Made by a program: the position numbers and the translations under genes. Positions 19,214 through 28,995 of a DNA stretch of 64,000 nucleotides are shown in pieces. This DNA comes from Clostridia bacterium (GTDB lineage: Bacteria; Bacillota; Clostridia; Oscillospirales; CAG-382). The stretch lies in the NCBI GenBank assembly GCA_017560085.1, contig JAFYPA010000057.1, forward strand, positions 23,821-87,820, in the 5' to 3' direction. How positions within the stretch are numbered: position 1 is the first letter of the stretch; every line of letters starts with the position of its first letter. The notes under the pieces were generated by a model that made no database searches, was not told the DNA's origin, and was given only the letters and a program-made list of their open reading frames with translations.

Positions 19214-20077
19214 ATGAAAAAACTCCCTTTTACAATTGACCTTGCAGGTAAGACAGCGGTCGTTACAGGTGGCGGTGGCGTGCTTTGCGCAGGCTTTGCC
19301 AAGACAATCGCTGCTTGCGGTGCTAACGTATGCGTTCTTGACCTTAATATCGAAGCGGCTCAGAAGGCCGCAGATGAGATTGTTGCCGATGGCGGTAAGG
19401 CTATTGCCATTAAGACTAATGTACTTGAAAAGGACAGCCTTGTAGAGGCAAAGAGGATTGTTGACGAAACATACGGCGGATGCGACATCCTTCTTAACGG
19501 TGCAGGCGGTAACAATCCCAAGGGCACAACCACAAAGGAATATCAGTTCCCCGAGGATCTCGATCCCGAAGCAACAAAGGATATCAAGACATTCTTCGAT
19601 CTCGACCCTGAAGGTATCGAATTCGTATTCAATCTTAACTTTATCGGTACTCTTCTTCCTACTCAGGTGTTCGCCCGTGATATGGCTAAGAAGGATGCTC
19701 CCGTTATTATCAACGTTTCTTCCATGAACGCATTCAGACCTCTTACAAAGATTCCCGCGTATTCCGGTGCCAAGGCTGCTGTTTCCAACTTCACACAGTG
19801 GCTTGCAGTTCATTTTGCGCCCGTCGGAATCAGAGTCAATGCAATTGCTCCCGGCTTCTTTGTAACTGCCCAGAATAAGGCTCTCCTCTTCAATGAGGAC
19901 GGTACACCTACACCCAGAACTGACAAGATTCTTGCTCATACTCCCATGAACAGATTCGGTACTCCCGAGGACCTTGACGGAACACTTCTCTGGCTCATCT
20001 CCAACGAAGCATCCGGCTTTGTTAACGGTGTCGTAGTTCCCGTTGACGGTGGATTTGCGGCGTATTCGGGTGTTTGA
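19214..20077 (+). CDS. SDR family oxidoreductase, UxuB/YjmF-like (mannonate/fructuronate-type)
   Basis: LAGKTAVVTGGGGVLCAGFA Rossmann motif; NGAGGN; catalytic YSGAKAA; 287 aa. Confidence 0.75.
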   Translation: MKKLPFTIDLAGKTAVVTGGGGVLCAGFAKTIAACGANVCVLDLNIEAAQKAADEIVADGGKAIAIKTNVLEKDSLVEAKRIVDETYGGCDILLNGAGGNNPKGTTTKEYQFPEDLDPEATKDIKTFFDLDPEGIEFVFNLNFIGTLLPTQVFARDMAKKDAPVIINVSSMNAFRPLTKIPAYSGAKAAVSNFTQWLAVHFAPVGIRVNAIAPGFFVTAQNKALLFNEDGTPTPRTDKILAHTPMNRFGTPEDLDGTLLWLISNEASGFVNGVVVPVDGGFAAYSGV

Positions 20078-20096
20078 TTTAACAGCGGAATAATAA

Positions 20097-20124
20097 AACG
20101 CACGTCTTTTGGCGTGCGTTTTTT
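20097..20124 (+). terminator. Intrinsic terminator of the SDR gene
   Basis: AACGCACG (20097-20104) pairs with CGTGCGTT (20113-20120), followed by TTTT. Confidence 0.8.
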
Positions 20125-20130
20125 ACTATA

Positions 20131-20157
20131 TAAAAAACCTCGGTATTGCTACCGAGG
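20131..20157 (-). terminator. Intrinsic terminator of the pot operon
   Basis: On the minus strand: CCTCGGTA, loop GCAA, TACCGAGG, then TTTTTT. Confidence 0.8.
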
Positions 20158-20167
20158 CTTTAATTTT

Positions 20168-21502
20168 TTAATATCTTGCGCGCTTTTTCTGCATCTTTCT
20201 GTAACGAAGAAGTATAATCAGAATACAGAATCCGAGAGCGATAATGATTGAAACGGGAAGAATTGCTTTGTTCCACCAGGAATCCTCATCGATACCGATA
20301 AGAATGTCATTCCAGTTGCGGATGATAAGCTCGTTTGTGTCCTTGGGAAGATTTATGAAGGACTCGCATTTGGCAATCAATTCCTCATCGGGGTAGGAGA
20401 TAAGGAGATATCTTTCGATTTCATCCTCAGACATATATTCCTCCATGTTGGAAAGAATCATTTCCTTAGCCTGTGTGGACGGGGTAGAGTAGAAAATGTA
20501 TTCGCCGTTGGCGGTCATAACTTCAAGCTCACACATGAAGTTAATAAATGCCTCGGCGGCTTCCTTGTTTCTGCTGCCCTTGGGAATACACATAGCATCA
20601 ATAAAGATGTTTGTACCTTCCTTGGGGAATGCAAAGCCGAGCTCGATGTCGTTCTTTGCGGCATTTTCTATCATTGTAAGAGCATCGCCCGCATAATAGG
20701 GAGCAATCCATGCTTCCTCAAGCTGCATCTTATCAAAAATCTGGTCCATTACATAAGTCTGTACATTGGGCTTCTGCTCGCGAAGAAGCACGGAGGCTTC
20801 GGCTATTTCTTCCATGTTTGTAGTATTCATGGAATAGCCGAGCTTTTTAAGACCTATAGCAAATGCATCCTTAGAATTGGAGAACATCAGAATCTGACCC
20901 TTGTACTCGGGGTTCCACAGAATATCCCAGGTTGAGGCTTCTTCCTCGGTAATATATTTCTTATTATATATTATACCGACTGTACCCCAGGTGTAAGGAA
21001 CAGAGAATTTTGCCGTACCACCTTCTCCCGTGTTATCGTAATCTGGAGATTTGAATTTTTCATCAATGTACTGATAATTGGGGATATTATCATAATTGAT
21101 TTCTTCAAGCATATCCTCCTCTATCATTTTGTCAATCATATAGTCGGAAGGTATTACAACATCATATACGGATGTTGCGCCTGACTTGAATTTCGCGTAC
21201 ATATCCTCGTTGGTAGCATAGTTTGTGTAGTTCACCTTGATTCCGGAGATTTTTTCAAATGCACCGACTACATCAAGGCTTTCTTCACTGCCGTTGGAGA
21301 TGTATTCGCCCCAGTTGTATACATTGATTGTTATGTTCTTGTCTCTGAATTTCTCGTAATAAGAAATATCGTCGACCTCAACGTCGTAATATGCGCCGGA
21401 TGTATCCTCGCCCTCTTCCTCTTCCTCAACAACACAAGAGGTAAGACATACCGAAGGAAGAGTAAACACCAACGCAAGCAAAAATGCATATAATTTTTTC
21501 AT
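20168..21502 (-). CDS. potD: Spermidine/putrescine ABC transporter substrate-binding lipoprotein with an additional C-terminal TM segment
   Basis: Signal peptide plus lipobox (LTSC). PotD-like body (NVYNWGEYI, VVIPSDYM, YTWGTVGIIYNK). C-terminal ILPVSIIIALGFCILIILL followed by RYRKMQKKRARY. It lies last in the potABCD order. Confidence 0.85.
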   Translation of the reverse strand: MKKLYAFLLALVFTLPSVCLTSCVVEEEEEGEDTSGAYYDVEVDDISYYEKFRDKNITINVYNWGEYISNGSEESLDVVGAFEKISGIKVNYTNYATNEDMYAKFKSGATSVYDVVIPSDYMIDKMIEEDMLEEINYDNIPNYQYIDEKFKSPDYDNTGEGGTAKFSVPYTWGTVGIIYNKKYITEEEASTWDILWNPEYKGQILMFSNSKDAFAIGLKKLGYSMNTTNMEEIAEASVLLREQKPNVQTYVMDQIFDKMQLEEAWIAPYYAGDALTMIENAAKNDIELGFAFPKEGTNIFIDAMCIPKGSRNKEAAEAFINFMCELEVMTANGEYIFYSTPSTQAKEMILSNMEEYMSEDEIERYLLISYPDEELIAKCESFINLPKDTNELIIRNWNDILIGIDEDSWWNKAILPVSIIIALGFCILIILLRYRKMQKKRARY

Positions 21503-21528
21503 TTTTTTATCCTTTCAGCTGTGGGTGT

Positions 21529-22323
21529 TTAGACGTTCTTTTTAATTTTTTTCTGCTTTTCAACATCTTTTCCGCTGAGTACATTGGAAATTACAAGTGC
21601 GAAAAGTACTATTACAAAGATGATTGTGGAAAGAGCGTTAAGCTTGGGAGTCATAGGCTTTCTTGTGATGGTATAAATTACAAGAGGCAACGTCTGAGAG
21701 TCGGGTCCCGCTGTAAAATAACTGATAACAAAGTCGTCTATGGAGTAGGTAAACGCCATAAGGAAGCCTGAAATAATACCGGGCATAATTTCGGGAAGTA
21801 TAACCTTGTAGAACGCCTGGAAATCATTACAGCCAAGATCCAGAGCAGCCTCGTAGATGCTGTTGTTTATCTGGGTAAGCTTTGGCATTACACTGAGTAT
21901 AACACTGGGAATGCAGAAAGTAATGTGTGCAATAATAATTGTAACAAATCCGGGATGAATTCTGCAGAACGAGAACAGAATCATAAGGGAAATACCCATA
22001 ACGATTTCGGGATTGATAAGAGGAAGGTTGTTTACATTCTTAACAATCGTCTTGTAAGGGCGTCTCATGTTATGAATGCCTATAGCCGCAACAGTTCCGA
22101 GTATGGTAGAAACCACAGCCGCAATAACTGCAATCATAAGAGTATTACCGAGAGCACCGATAATAGCATCGTCTCTTAAAAGCTCTCCGTACCACTTGAA
22201 GGAGAATCCTGTCCAGCTTCTGCCCTTGGATTCGTTAAAGGAGAAGGTGATAAGAACAAGGATAGGGGCGTACATAAAGAGAAGAATGAGGGCAACGTAA
22301 AATCTTGAAAAAAACTTTTTCAT
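21529..22323 (-). CDS. potC: Spermidine/putrescine ABC transporter permease
   Basis: Six-TM BPD_transp_1 permease with an EAALDLGCN..FYKVILP loop. Its start overlaps the potB stop. Confidence 0.9.
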   Translation of the reverse strand: MKKFFSRFYVALILLFMYAPILVLITFSFNESKGRSWTGFSFKWYGELLRDDAIIGALGNTLMIAVIAAVVSTILGTVAAIGIHNMRRPYKTIVKNVNNLPLINPEIVMGISLMILFSFCRIHPGFVTIIIAHITFCIPSVILSVMPKLTQINNSIYEAALDLGCNDFQAFYKVILPEIMPGIISGFLMAFTYSIDDFVISYFTAGPDSQTLPLVIYTITRKPMTPKLNALSTIIFVIVLFALVISNVLSGKDVEKQKKIKKNV

Positions 22324-23156
22324 TTAAGTGTCTCCTCCATTTCTTCATTGTCAAACTGATTGAATATACCTATGCAGATAAATACAACAACCATAAGAAG
22401 GAGCGAAATAGCCGAGCCGTAATAAGGATTATATTCTCCTCCCGATACGAAATGGCTTTCGATAAGGTCACCGATAAGATTATTCTTGGGACCGCCGAGA
22501 AGCTGTGAAATAACGAAGGTACTTACCGCAGGAACGAATGTCATGGTGATACCAGAGGTAATACCGGGGAAGGAAAGGGGAATAATAACCTTTCTGAATA
22601 CACTGTAGGTGTTACAGCCAAGGTCCTGAGCAGCCTCAATGAGTCTGTTGTCAATCTTGATCATTATTGTATAAAGCGGAAGAATCATATAGGGGATATA
22701 GTTGTATACCATACCGAGTATAACCGCCGCCTGCGTATACATAATGTGTACGGGTCCGATATTGAAAATAGAAAGAAATCTGTTAAGAAATCCGGAGTTT
22801 GTTTCAAGAATGGACATCCACGCATATGTACGGAGAAGGAAGTTCATCCACATCGGAAGCATAACAAGCATAACCATCGTTCTTTGATGATTCAGCCTCA
22901 TTTTGGACATAATATATGCCAGAGGATATGCAACAACAAGACATATAATTGTCGCTACGGTTGCGAAGTATACGGACTTGATAAGCACGGGAAGGTATCT
23001 TGCCGCAAACTGAATGTTGTCAAATGTGAATCTGAAGCCCTCTGCATTTCTGTCAGTGAATGCAAATACAAGTATAAGCGCAAGGGGAATGATTGTAAAG
23101 ATAAGCATCCAGACTATGTAGGGGACAGCAAGAATCTTGAATTTCTTATTATTCAT
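22320..23156 (-). CDS. potB: Spermidine/putrescine ABC transporter permease
   Basis: BPD_transp_1 permease with an [22 protein letters not shown] loop. Confidence 0.9.
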   Translation of the reverse strand: MNNKKFKILAVPYIVWMLIFTIIPLALILVFAFTDRNAEGFRFTFDNIQFAARYLPVLIKSVYFATVATIICLVVAYPLAYIMSKMRLNHQRTMVMLVMLPMWMNFLLRTYAWMSILETNSGFLNRFLSIFNIGPVHIMYTQAAVILGMVYNYIPYMILPLYTIMIKIDNRLIEAAQDLGCNTYSVFRKVIIPLSFPGITSGITMTFVPAVSTFVISQLLGGPKNNLIGDLIESHFVSGGEYNPYYGSAISLLLMVVVFICIGIFNQFDNEEMEETLK

Positions 23157-24240
23157 TTACAGTAGCCTCCCCGCTGATCATATTGAACTTGGGCGAAGAA
23201 TCGCTCTTTTTCATAATATGAATGTCGTCGGGGGTGAAGTTCATACCGATAAAATCACCCTGCTTTGCGGATTTTGTAGAGTGAATTTTCCACTTGAATC
23301 CAAAGCTGTCTACTATAATTTCATAGTGTACGCCCTTGAATGTAACGGTTTCAACGGTGCCGTTGATAGTTTCGTCGGTGGGAGCGCATACGGTGATGTC
23401 CTCGGGTCTTATAACAACGTCAACAAGCTCCATCTTGTTAAAGCCCTTGTCAAGACACTTGAAGCGCTTGCTTGCAAATTCAACATCGTAGTCTGCGTGC
23501 ATAATACCGTGAATGATATTGGATTCACCGATGAACTTTGCAACAAATGCGTTTACAGGCTCGTTGTAGATATCCTGGGGTGTGCCAATCTGGTTGATTA
23601 TACCGCCATTCATAACTACAACTCTGTCGGACATTGTAAGAGCTTCCTCCTGGTCGTGAGTTACATAAATGAAGGTAATCTTGAGTGCCTGCTGAATTTT
23701 TTTGAGCTCAATCTGCATTTCCTTACGGAGCTGAAGGTCAAGCGCGCCGAGAGGCTCGTCAAGGAGAAGCATTCTGGGGTGATTTATAAGAGCACGTGCA
23801 ATTGCAACTCTCTGCTGCTGACCGCCGGAGAGATAGTCTACATTTCTTCTTCCGAAGCTTGAAAGGTTAACAAGCTCGAGCATTTCAAGTACACGGGTAT
23901 TTATTTCTTTTTCGGGGACCTTTTTAAGTCTGAGACCGAAAGCAATATTTTCATAAACGTTCAAATGCGGAAATAACGCATATTTCTGAAAGACTGTATT
24001 AACCTGTCTTTTGTAAGGCGGGATATCGTTGATTTTCTTCCCGTCAAAGAAGACCTCGCCGCTATCAGGGGTTACAAATCCACCAATGATTCTGAGCGTT
24101 GTGGTTTTGCCGCAGCCGGAGGGCCCAAGCAGAGTGATAAATTCCTTGTCGTGAATATCAAGACTGATATTCTTTAAAACCTGCTCACCGTCGTATTTAA
24201 CTACGATGTCCTTGAGACTTACAATTACGTTGTTTTCCAA
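23149..24240 (-). CDS. potA: Spermidine/putrescine ABC transporter ATP-binding protein
   Basis: [35 protein letters not shown], plus a C-terminal TOBE-like domain. The ORF-track GTG (24249) sits inside the GGAGGTG Shine-Dalgarno sequence. The TTG at 24240, 8 nt downstream, is the likelier start. Confidence 0.9.
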   Translation of the reverse strand: MENNVIVSLKDIVVKYDGEQVLKNISLDIHDKEFITLLGPSGCGKTTTLRIIGGFVTPDSGEVFFDGKKINDIPPYKRQVNTVFQKYALFPHLNVYENIAFGLRLKKVPEKEINTRVLEMLELVNLSSFGRRNVDYLSGGQQQRVAIARALINHPRMLLLDEPLGALDLQLRKEMQIELKKIQQALKITFIYVTHDQEEALTMSDRVVVMNGGIINQIGTPQDIYNEPVNAFVAKFIGESNIIHGIMHADYDVEFASKRFKCLDKGFNKMELVDVVIRPEDITVCAPTDETINGTVETVTFKGVHYEIIVDSFGFKWKIHSTKSAKQGDFIGMNFTPDDIHIMKKSDSSPKFNMISGEATVNE

Positions 24241-24335
24241 TCCTAACACCTCCGTACCGTGCTATGTGCGGTACAATTATGTATTTGCCGAGCCTACTTT
24301 TCCCATAGCAACCGAATTTAAAAGTAAGCAGATAT

Positions 24336-24364
24336 AATATAATAAATTTTTGTCGATTTGTCAC
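24336..24364 (-). promoter_or_regulatory. Candidate promoter of the pot operon
   Basis: On the minus strand: GTGACA (24364-24359), 17-nt spacer, TATATT (24341-24336). This leaves a leader of about 90 nt ending in the hairpin GTACCG...CGGTAC, which abuts the SD. Confidence 0.4.
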
Positions 24365-24527
24365 TACCTTTTGAAGAAAAAAATCAAAAAAATCGCAAAA
24401 TTTCGGAATTAGCCGTGATTTGACTTCAAAATTCGGATATTTTCCCGCAAAAAAGCCTAAATCCTTGTAAATCCTCTGTTTAACTCACGAATGCTCTGTT
24501 TTATGCACCGATATGCAATGAATTCAT

Positions 24528-25103
24528 TTACGAATCGCTTTCGCGTAATTCAATGAGCTTTTTTTCGATTTCAAGAAAATCCCGCATAGTCTCCTCTCGT
24601 TTTGCGGGGTCTCGAAGGAGCATTGACGGATGATACACCGCAGTAATGTAAAAGCGACCCTTTTTGAACCATTGACCGTGCTCTCTGGTTATTCTGAAAT
24701 CGGGCTTAATTATTTTCATTGCGGCAATTCTGCCGAGGCATACTATTATTTTGGGATTGATGAGCTTCAGCTGCTCTCTCAGATGCCCTATACAAGCCTC
24801 CTGCTCCTCGGGACTTGGGTCTCTGTTGTAGGGGGGACGGCATTTTAATATGTTGCCGACATAGTATTCCTCCGGCTTCATATCTATTGAAGCGAAATAT
24901 TTATCAAGAAGCTGTCCCGATGCTCCGCAGAAGGGGATGCCCTGCAAATCCTCCTGCTCTCCCGGTGCTTCGCCGACAAAGAGTACGGTAGCACTTTTGG
25001 AGCCTTTACCGAATACGGTGTTTGTTTTTGTTTTGTATAGCTCGCAGGCGGTACAGTCCTTGCATTTTTGCTCAAGGGCTTCCCAAAGTTCCTTATTTTC
25101 CAT
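24528..25103 (-). CDS. Uracil-DNA glycosylase, family 4
   Basis: CTACELYKTKTNTVFGKG...LFVGEAPGEQEDLQGIPFCGASGQLL...HPS is typical of family-4 UDG with Fe-S cysteines. Confidence 0.9.
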   Translation of the reverse strand: MENKELWEALEQKCKDCTACELYKTKTNTVFGKGSKSATVLFVGEAPGEQEDLQGIPFCGASGQLLDKYFASIDMKPEEYYVGNILKCRPPYNRDPSPEEQEACIGHLREQLKLINPKIIVCLGRIAAMKIIKPDFRITREHGQWFKKGRFYITAVYHPSMLLRDPAKREETMRDFLEIEKKLIELRESDS

Positions 25104-25129
25104 AAAAATCTCCTTTGATGGGGAATATA

Positions 25130-25169
25130 AAATGGGTTCACGCTAATTATACCATACGTGAACCCATTT
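25130..25169 (-). terminator. Hairpin terminator downstream of the mecA-like gene
   Basis: A 13-bp stem, AAATGGGTTCACG / CGTGAACCCATTT, followed on the minus strand by TATATT. Confidence 0.6.
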
Positions 25170-25189
25170 GTAAAGTAAAATATTTAATT

Positions 25190-25813
25190 TTACAGTGTGG
25201 ATAAAAGCTCTGCGGCATTGCCCTCCGAAATCATTTTACAGTATTCGTTAATGTGTGTCAGAGCCTTTTCGGTCAATTCGTAAGATGCTCCGTATTCCGA
25301 TAAATATTGAGGCAGATTCGTGTGCTTTTCCTTGTCGGTTATATATGACGGAAGTCTTTTTTCGGGATTGACCGTAAGTATATAATTCCCGCGGGAATCA
25401 AAATACAGGCTTGTCCTTAGATGAAATTTATCCGATATAATTCTGTAGCTAAGCTTACAAAGTGAGGATAAATCCGCAACTATATATTTCCCTTTGGCTT
25501 TGCCTAAAGCTGAATGGCGGTAGGTTTTTGCTTTATATTGAGAAACGGATATGTTGTCCGTTTTCCCGATTGATTCCTTTTTAATATAAAGCTCGCAACC
25601 GCCGTCAGCAGAGTCAAAAACCGTAATTGACAGCTTGCTGTTGTCCGCATTGAAGCCCGATTCGCTTTTAGCCGAATTCAATATTGCCCATATTAAATGC
25701 CTTGTTGAGACATTTGAATAATCCAGTTGGTCTGCGGTAATACCATAAGACATTAAATCCTCGCCCGAAAGTATAATTTTCAGTTGAGTTTCCGATATGT
25801 ATATCAGCTCCAT
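25190..25813 (-). CDS. mecA: MecA-like adaptor protein (ClpC adaptor / negative regulator of competence family)
   Basis: MELIYISETQLKIILSGEDLMSYGI N-terminus and a C-terminal LSEYGASYELTEKALTHINEYCKMI. The ATG at 25813 follows AGGAGA. The ORF-track start (25906) falls inside the predicted promoter. Confidence 0.75.
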   Translation of the reverse strand: MELIYISETQLKIILSGEDLMSYGITADQLDYSNVSTRHLIWAILNSAKSESGFNADNSKLSITVFDSADGGCELYIKKESIGKTDNISVSQYKAKTYRHSALGKAKGKYIVADLSSLCKLSYRIISDKFHLRTSLYFDSRGNYILTVNPEKRLPSYITDKEKHTNLPQYLSEYGASYELTEKALTHINEYCKMISEGNAAELLSTL

Positions 25814-25877
25814 CTTTTCTCCTTTCCGATGAAATTGCGTGAGGTTTACTGCTTGAATAAGCTTTAATACATAATAT

Positions 25878-25906
25878 ATTATATTACACTTTTTAATTTT
25901 TGTCAT
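25878..25906 (-). promoter_or_regulatory. Candidate promoter of the mecA-like gene
   Basis: On the minus strand: ATGACA (25906-25901), 17-nt spacer, TATAAT (25883-25878). Confidence 0.5.
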
Positions 25907-25942
25907 TACAAAATACTTGGATTCTAAGACTTATATTGGCAT

Positions 25943-25973
25943 AAAAAAGGTGCACGGCACATAACCGTACACC
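25943..25973 (-). terminator. Intrinsic terminator of the metF-metH operon
   Basis: On the minus strand: GGTGTACGG...CCGTGCACC (one G-U pair), then TTTTTT. Confidence 0.8.
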
Positions 25974-25984
25974 GTTATGATTAT

Positions 25985-28393
25985 TTAAAGCTCAAGAGCC
26001 TGTCTTACAGCCTCCATTGCATCCTTTGCGTAGAGGTCAGCACCTATCATATCCGCATACTCCTTGTTAAGAACAGCACCGCCGACCATAACCTTGCACC
26101 CGGGAGCTGTCTTACGAAGAAGCTTTATAGTTTCCTCCATTGCGGGAACGGTGGTTGTCATAAGTGCACTGAGACAGCAAAGCGGACAGTCAAGCTCGCA
26201 CACCTTATCGGAAATAACCTCTGCGGGAACATCCTTGCCGAGATCTGTTACATTAAAGCCGTAATTCTGAAGAAGAAGCTTAACAATGTTTTTGCCGATA
26301 TCGTGAATATCACCCTTAACCGTTGCAATAACAATATTGAATTTGCTTTCCTGCTTTTCTCCCGAATTCTGCATATTCTCCTTGATAACCTCAAAGGAAG
26401 CCTGAGCAGATTCCGCACTCATAAGAAGCTGGGGGAGATATACCGTCTTTGCTTCAAAGCCCTTTCCTACTACATCAAGAGCGGGAATAATCTCATTTTC
26501 TACTATATCAAGAGGCTTTACCGTCTTTATAAGCTCACGGGTGAGTGTAAGAGCGGATTCCTTTCTGCCCTTGATGATAGCCTTCTGAAGCTCGGAAGCA
26601 ATGCTTTCGTTGTCTGCAGTTGGAGCCTTCACTGATGTTGCCTGCTCTTTTGCAACGGTTGTTGTTTCGATTGTTGCGCTGAATTCGATATAATCAGAGC
26701 AATTCTCGTCAAGTCCCGAGAGAGCCTTGTATGAGTAGTAGGACTTCATCATCTCGGCGGAATAAGGATTCATTATCGCCGCAGAAAGACCGTTTGTGAG
26801 TGCCATTGTAAAGAATGTGCTGTTGACACCGTCTCTTGCGGGAAGTCCGAAGGAAACGTTTGAAACTCCAAGTGAGGTATGGCATCCAAGCTCGTTTCTG
26901 ATTTTCCTCAGCGACTCAAGAGTAACCTTAGCCGCATTCCTGTCTGCACTTATAGTCATTGCAAGAGTGTCGAAAATTAGGTTCTTTTTCGGGATCCCGT
27001 ATTTTTCCGCAGCTGCGATAATCTTCTTTGCTATAGCAATTCTTCCTTCAACATTGTCGGGAATGCCGTTTTCGTCAAGAGTGAGAGCCACAACAAGACC
27101 GCCGTATTTTTTTACAAGAGGGAAGATGGCATCCATGCTTTCCTGCTTGCCGTTGACGGAGTTTACCATAGGCTTACCGTTATAAGCACGCATTGCGTTT
27201 TCCATTGCGGTGAAATCTGCAGTGTCTATCTGCAAGGGAAGGTTTATAATTGCCTGAAGCTCACATACAGCCTCTTTAAGCATTGCGGGCTCGTCAATTT
27301 CGGGAAGACCGACATTTACGTCAAGAATGTGTACACCCTTTTCCTGCTGATTGAGACCCTCCCTCAGAATATAATCAATATCGTGCTCTGCAAGAGCCTG
27401 CTTGAATCTCTTTTTGCCCGTCGGATTGATTCTTTCTCCGATAAGCACGGGGGAATCGGAAAATTCAACCGCGTGTGTATATGAGGAAACACAGCTTATA
27501 TTCTTATCTGTAATTTCCGAAGGCTTTATATCTTTGATTTTCGCACAAAGCTTACTGATGTATTCGGGAGTTGTGCCGCAGCATCCGCCTACTATGCGCA
27601 CACCCTTTTCGCACATCTTTGCAACAATATCCGCAAATTCATCGCTTGTAACATCGAATACTGTTTTTCCGTTTTCAACCTTGGGAAGTCCCGCATTGGG
27701 CTTTATTGCAACGGGAGTGGATGATACCGAAAGAATATCCTCAGCAACCGCAATAAGCTGTGCAGGACCGAGAGAGCAGTTTGCACCGATAGCATCGGCA
27801 CCGAGTCCCTCAAGCATTGCAACCATAGCAGAGGGCTCTGCGCCTGTCATAAGCTTTCCGTCAAGACCGTATGCGTTTGTGACAATAAAGGGAAGGTCGC
27901 AGTTTTCCTTTACCGCAAGCACCGCCGCCTTTGTTTCGTAGCAATCGTTCATTGTTTCGATTGTTACAAGGTCAACACCGTATTTAACACCGATTCTTAC
28001 TACCTTTGCAAATGCTTCAATTGCATCCTCAAAGTCAAGGTCTCCGAAGGGCTTTAAAAGTCTTCCCGAGGGACCTATATCAAGAGCGATGAACTTTTCT
28101 TGCGGTGCATTACTCAGTTTTCTCGCCTTGTCTGCGTTTTGGATTGCGGCTTTAATTATCTCTTGGAGCTCGCTGTCCGAGAATTTAAGAGGATTCGCTC
28201 CGAATGTATTTATATTTACAACATTGCTTCCCGCATCGTAATAAGCCTTGTGGATTTCCGTAATTTCCTCGGGGTGGGAAAGATTCCACGCCTCCGGATG
28301 CTCACCGGGCAGAAGTCCTTTTTTCTGAAGAAGAGTTCCCATTCCTCCGTCAAGGACAACTATGTTGTTTTTTAAATATTCACGAAAGTTCAT
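25985..28393 (-). CDS. metH: Methionine synthase, cobalamin-dependent, short form (Hcy-binding, pterin-binding, B12-cap and B12-binding domains; no fused activation domain)
   Basis: VLDGGMGT and GGCCGTTP (homocysteine S-methyltransferase domain); pterin-binding barrel; DIHDIGKNIV with the B12-binding DxHxxG motif; ends after the Rossmann-like B12 domain at 802 aa. Confidence 0.92.
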   Translation of the reverse strand: MNFREYLKNNIVVLDGGMGTLLQKKGLLPGEHPEAWNLSHPEEITEIHKAYYDAGSNVVNINTFGANPLKFSDSELQEIIKAAIQNADKARKLSNAPQEKFIALDIGPSGRLLKPFGDLDFEDAIEAFAKVVRIGVKYGVDLVTIETMNDCYETKAAVLAVKENCDLPFIVTNAYGLDGKLMTGAEPSAMVAMLEGLGADAIGANCSLGPAQLIAVAEDILSVSSTPVAIKPNAGLPKVENGKTVFDVTSDEFADIVAKMCEKGVRIVGGCCGTTPEYISKLCAKIKDIKPSEITDKNISCVSSYTHAVEFSDSPVLIGERINPTGKKRFKQALAEHDIDYILREGLNQQEKGVHILDVNVGLPEIDEPAMLKEAVCELQAIINLPLQIDTADFTAMENAMRAYNGKPMVNSVNGKQESMDAIFPLVKKYGGLVVALTLDENGIPDNVEGRIAIAKKIIAAAEKYGIPKKNLIFDTLAMTISADRNAAKVTLESLRKIRNELGCHTSLGVSNVSFGLPARDGVNSTFFTMALTNGLSAAIMNPYSAEMMKSYYSYKALSGLDENCSDYIEFSATIETTTVAKEQATSVKAPTADNESIASELQKAIIKGRKESALTLTRELIKTVKPLDIVENEIIPALDVVGKGFEAKTVYLPQLLMSAESAQASFEVIKENMQNSGEKQESKFNIVIATVKGDIHDIGKNIVKLLLQNYGFNVTDLGKDVPAEVISDKVCELDCPLCCLSALMTTTVPAMEETIKLLRKTAPGCKVMVGGAVLNKEYADMIGADLYAKDAMEAVRQALEL

Positions 28394-28407
28394 TTTTGAT
28401 TCCTTTC

Positions 28408-28995
28408 TTATTTTATTCCAATTATCGCGGTAACGGATTTTGTCGGAGACATTATAAGACTTTCATTAAGAGTAAGTCCGATTCTTTTTTCGCACCCGAG
28501 TATTCCGAATATATCACGCTGAAACGAGAGCGGTAAATCACCATATCCCGGGCTGAATCTCGGTGTTATACTTCCGTATTCCGACTTGATTTTATTGCAG
28601 AATTCGTCACATAAGGCTTCTATCCGTTCTGCTCCGATAGCCTGAAAGCATAATGCCTTTGACGGGGAAAGCTTTCCGTATTTTGCAATAAGTCTGTCGG
28701 CTTCAATGCCGATTGTTGCAGAGAATATAACCGCTCTTTCGCAATTTACAAGTGCCTTGCTAAGTGAGTCCGATGTGATTGATGTACATCCGAAATCAGC
28801 GGTATTATTGGTGATTTCAAGCTCGGTTACGCAATAGCATACATTGTATTTCAGCGAGCCTTTAATCTCATCAAGACACAAATCTGTAAGCTTTTCGGTG
28901 TCGTTATCGGAGGATATTACACCCATATAGCGGAATATTTCTCTTTTGTCAATTTCGGGCGGGGAAAAGGATTCTGTAAGTACAGTGTAATTCAT
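28408..28995 (-). CDS. Stand-alone methionine synthase activation (reactivation) domain-like protein
   Basis: 195 aa, lying between metF and metH. The N-terminal IDKREIFRYMGV and the size match the separate Met_synt_B12-type proteins of clostridia. The assignment is by context and pattern. Confidence 0.6.
   Translation of the reverse strand: MNYTVLTESFSPPEIDKREIFRYMGVISSDNDTEKLTDLCLDEIKGSLKYNVCYCVTELEITNNTADFGCTSITSDSLSKALVNCERAVIFSATIGIEADRLIAKYGKLSPSKALCFQAIGAERIEALCDEFCNKIKSEYGSITPRFSPGYGDLPLSFQRDIFGILGCEKRIGLTLNESLIMSPTKSVTAIIGIK

Noticed and set aside
19193-19939. A 248-aa minus-strand ORF over the SDR gene, and a 241-aa plus-strand ORF (23137-23862) over potA.
   Set aside because: Both are antisense to well-supported genes. 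Their translations lack any recognisable motif.
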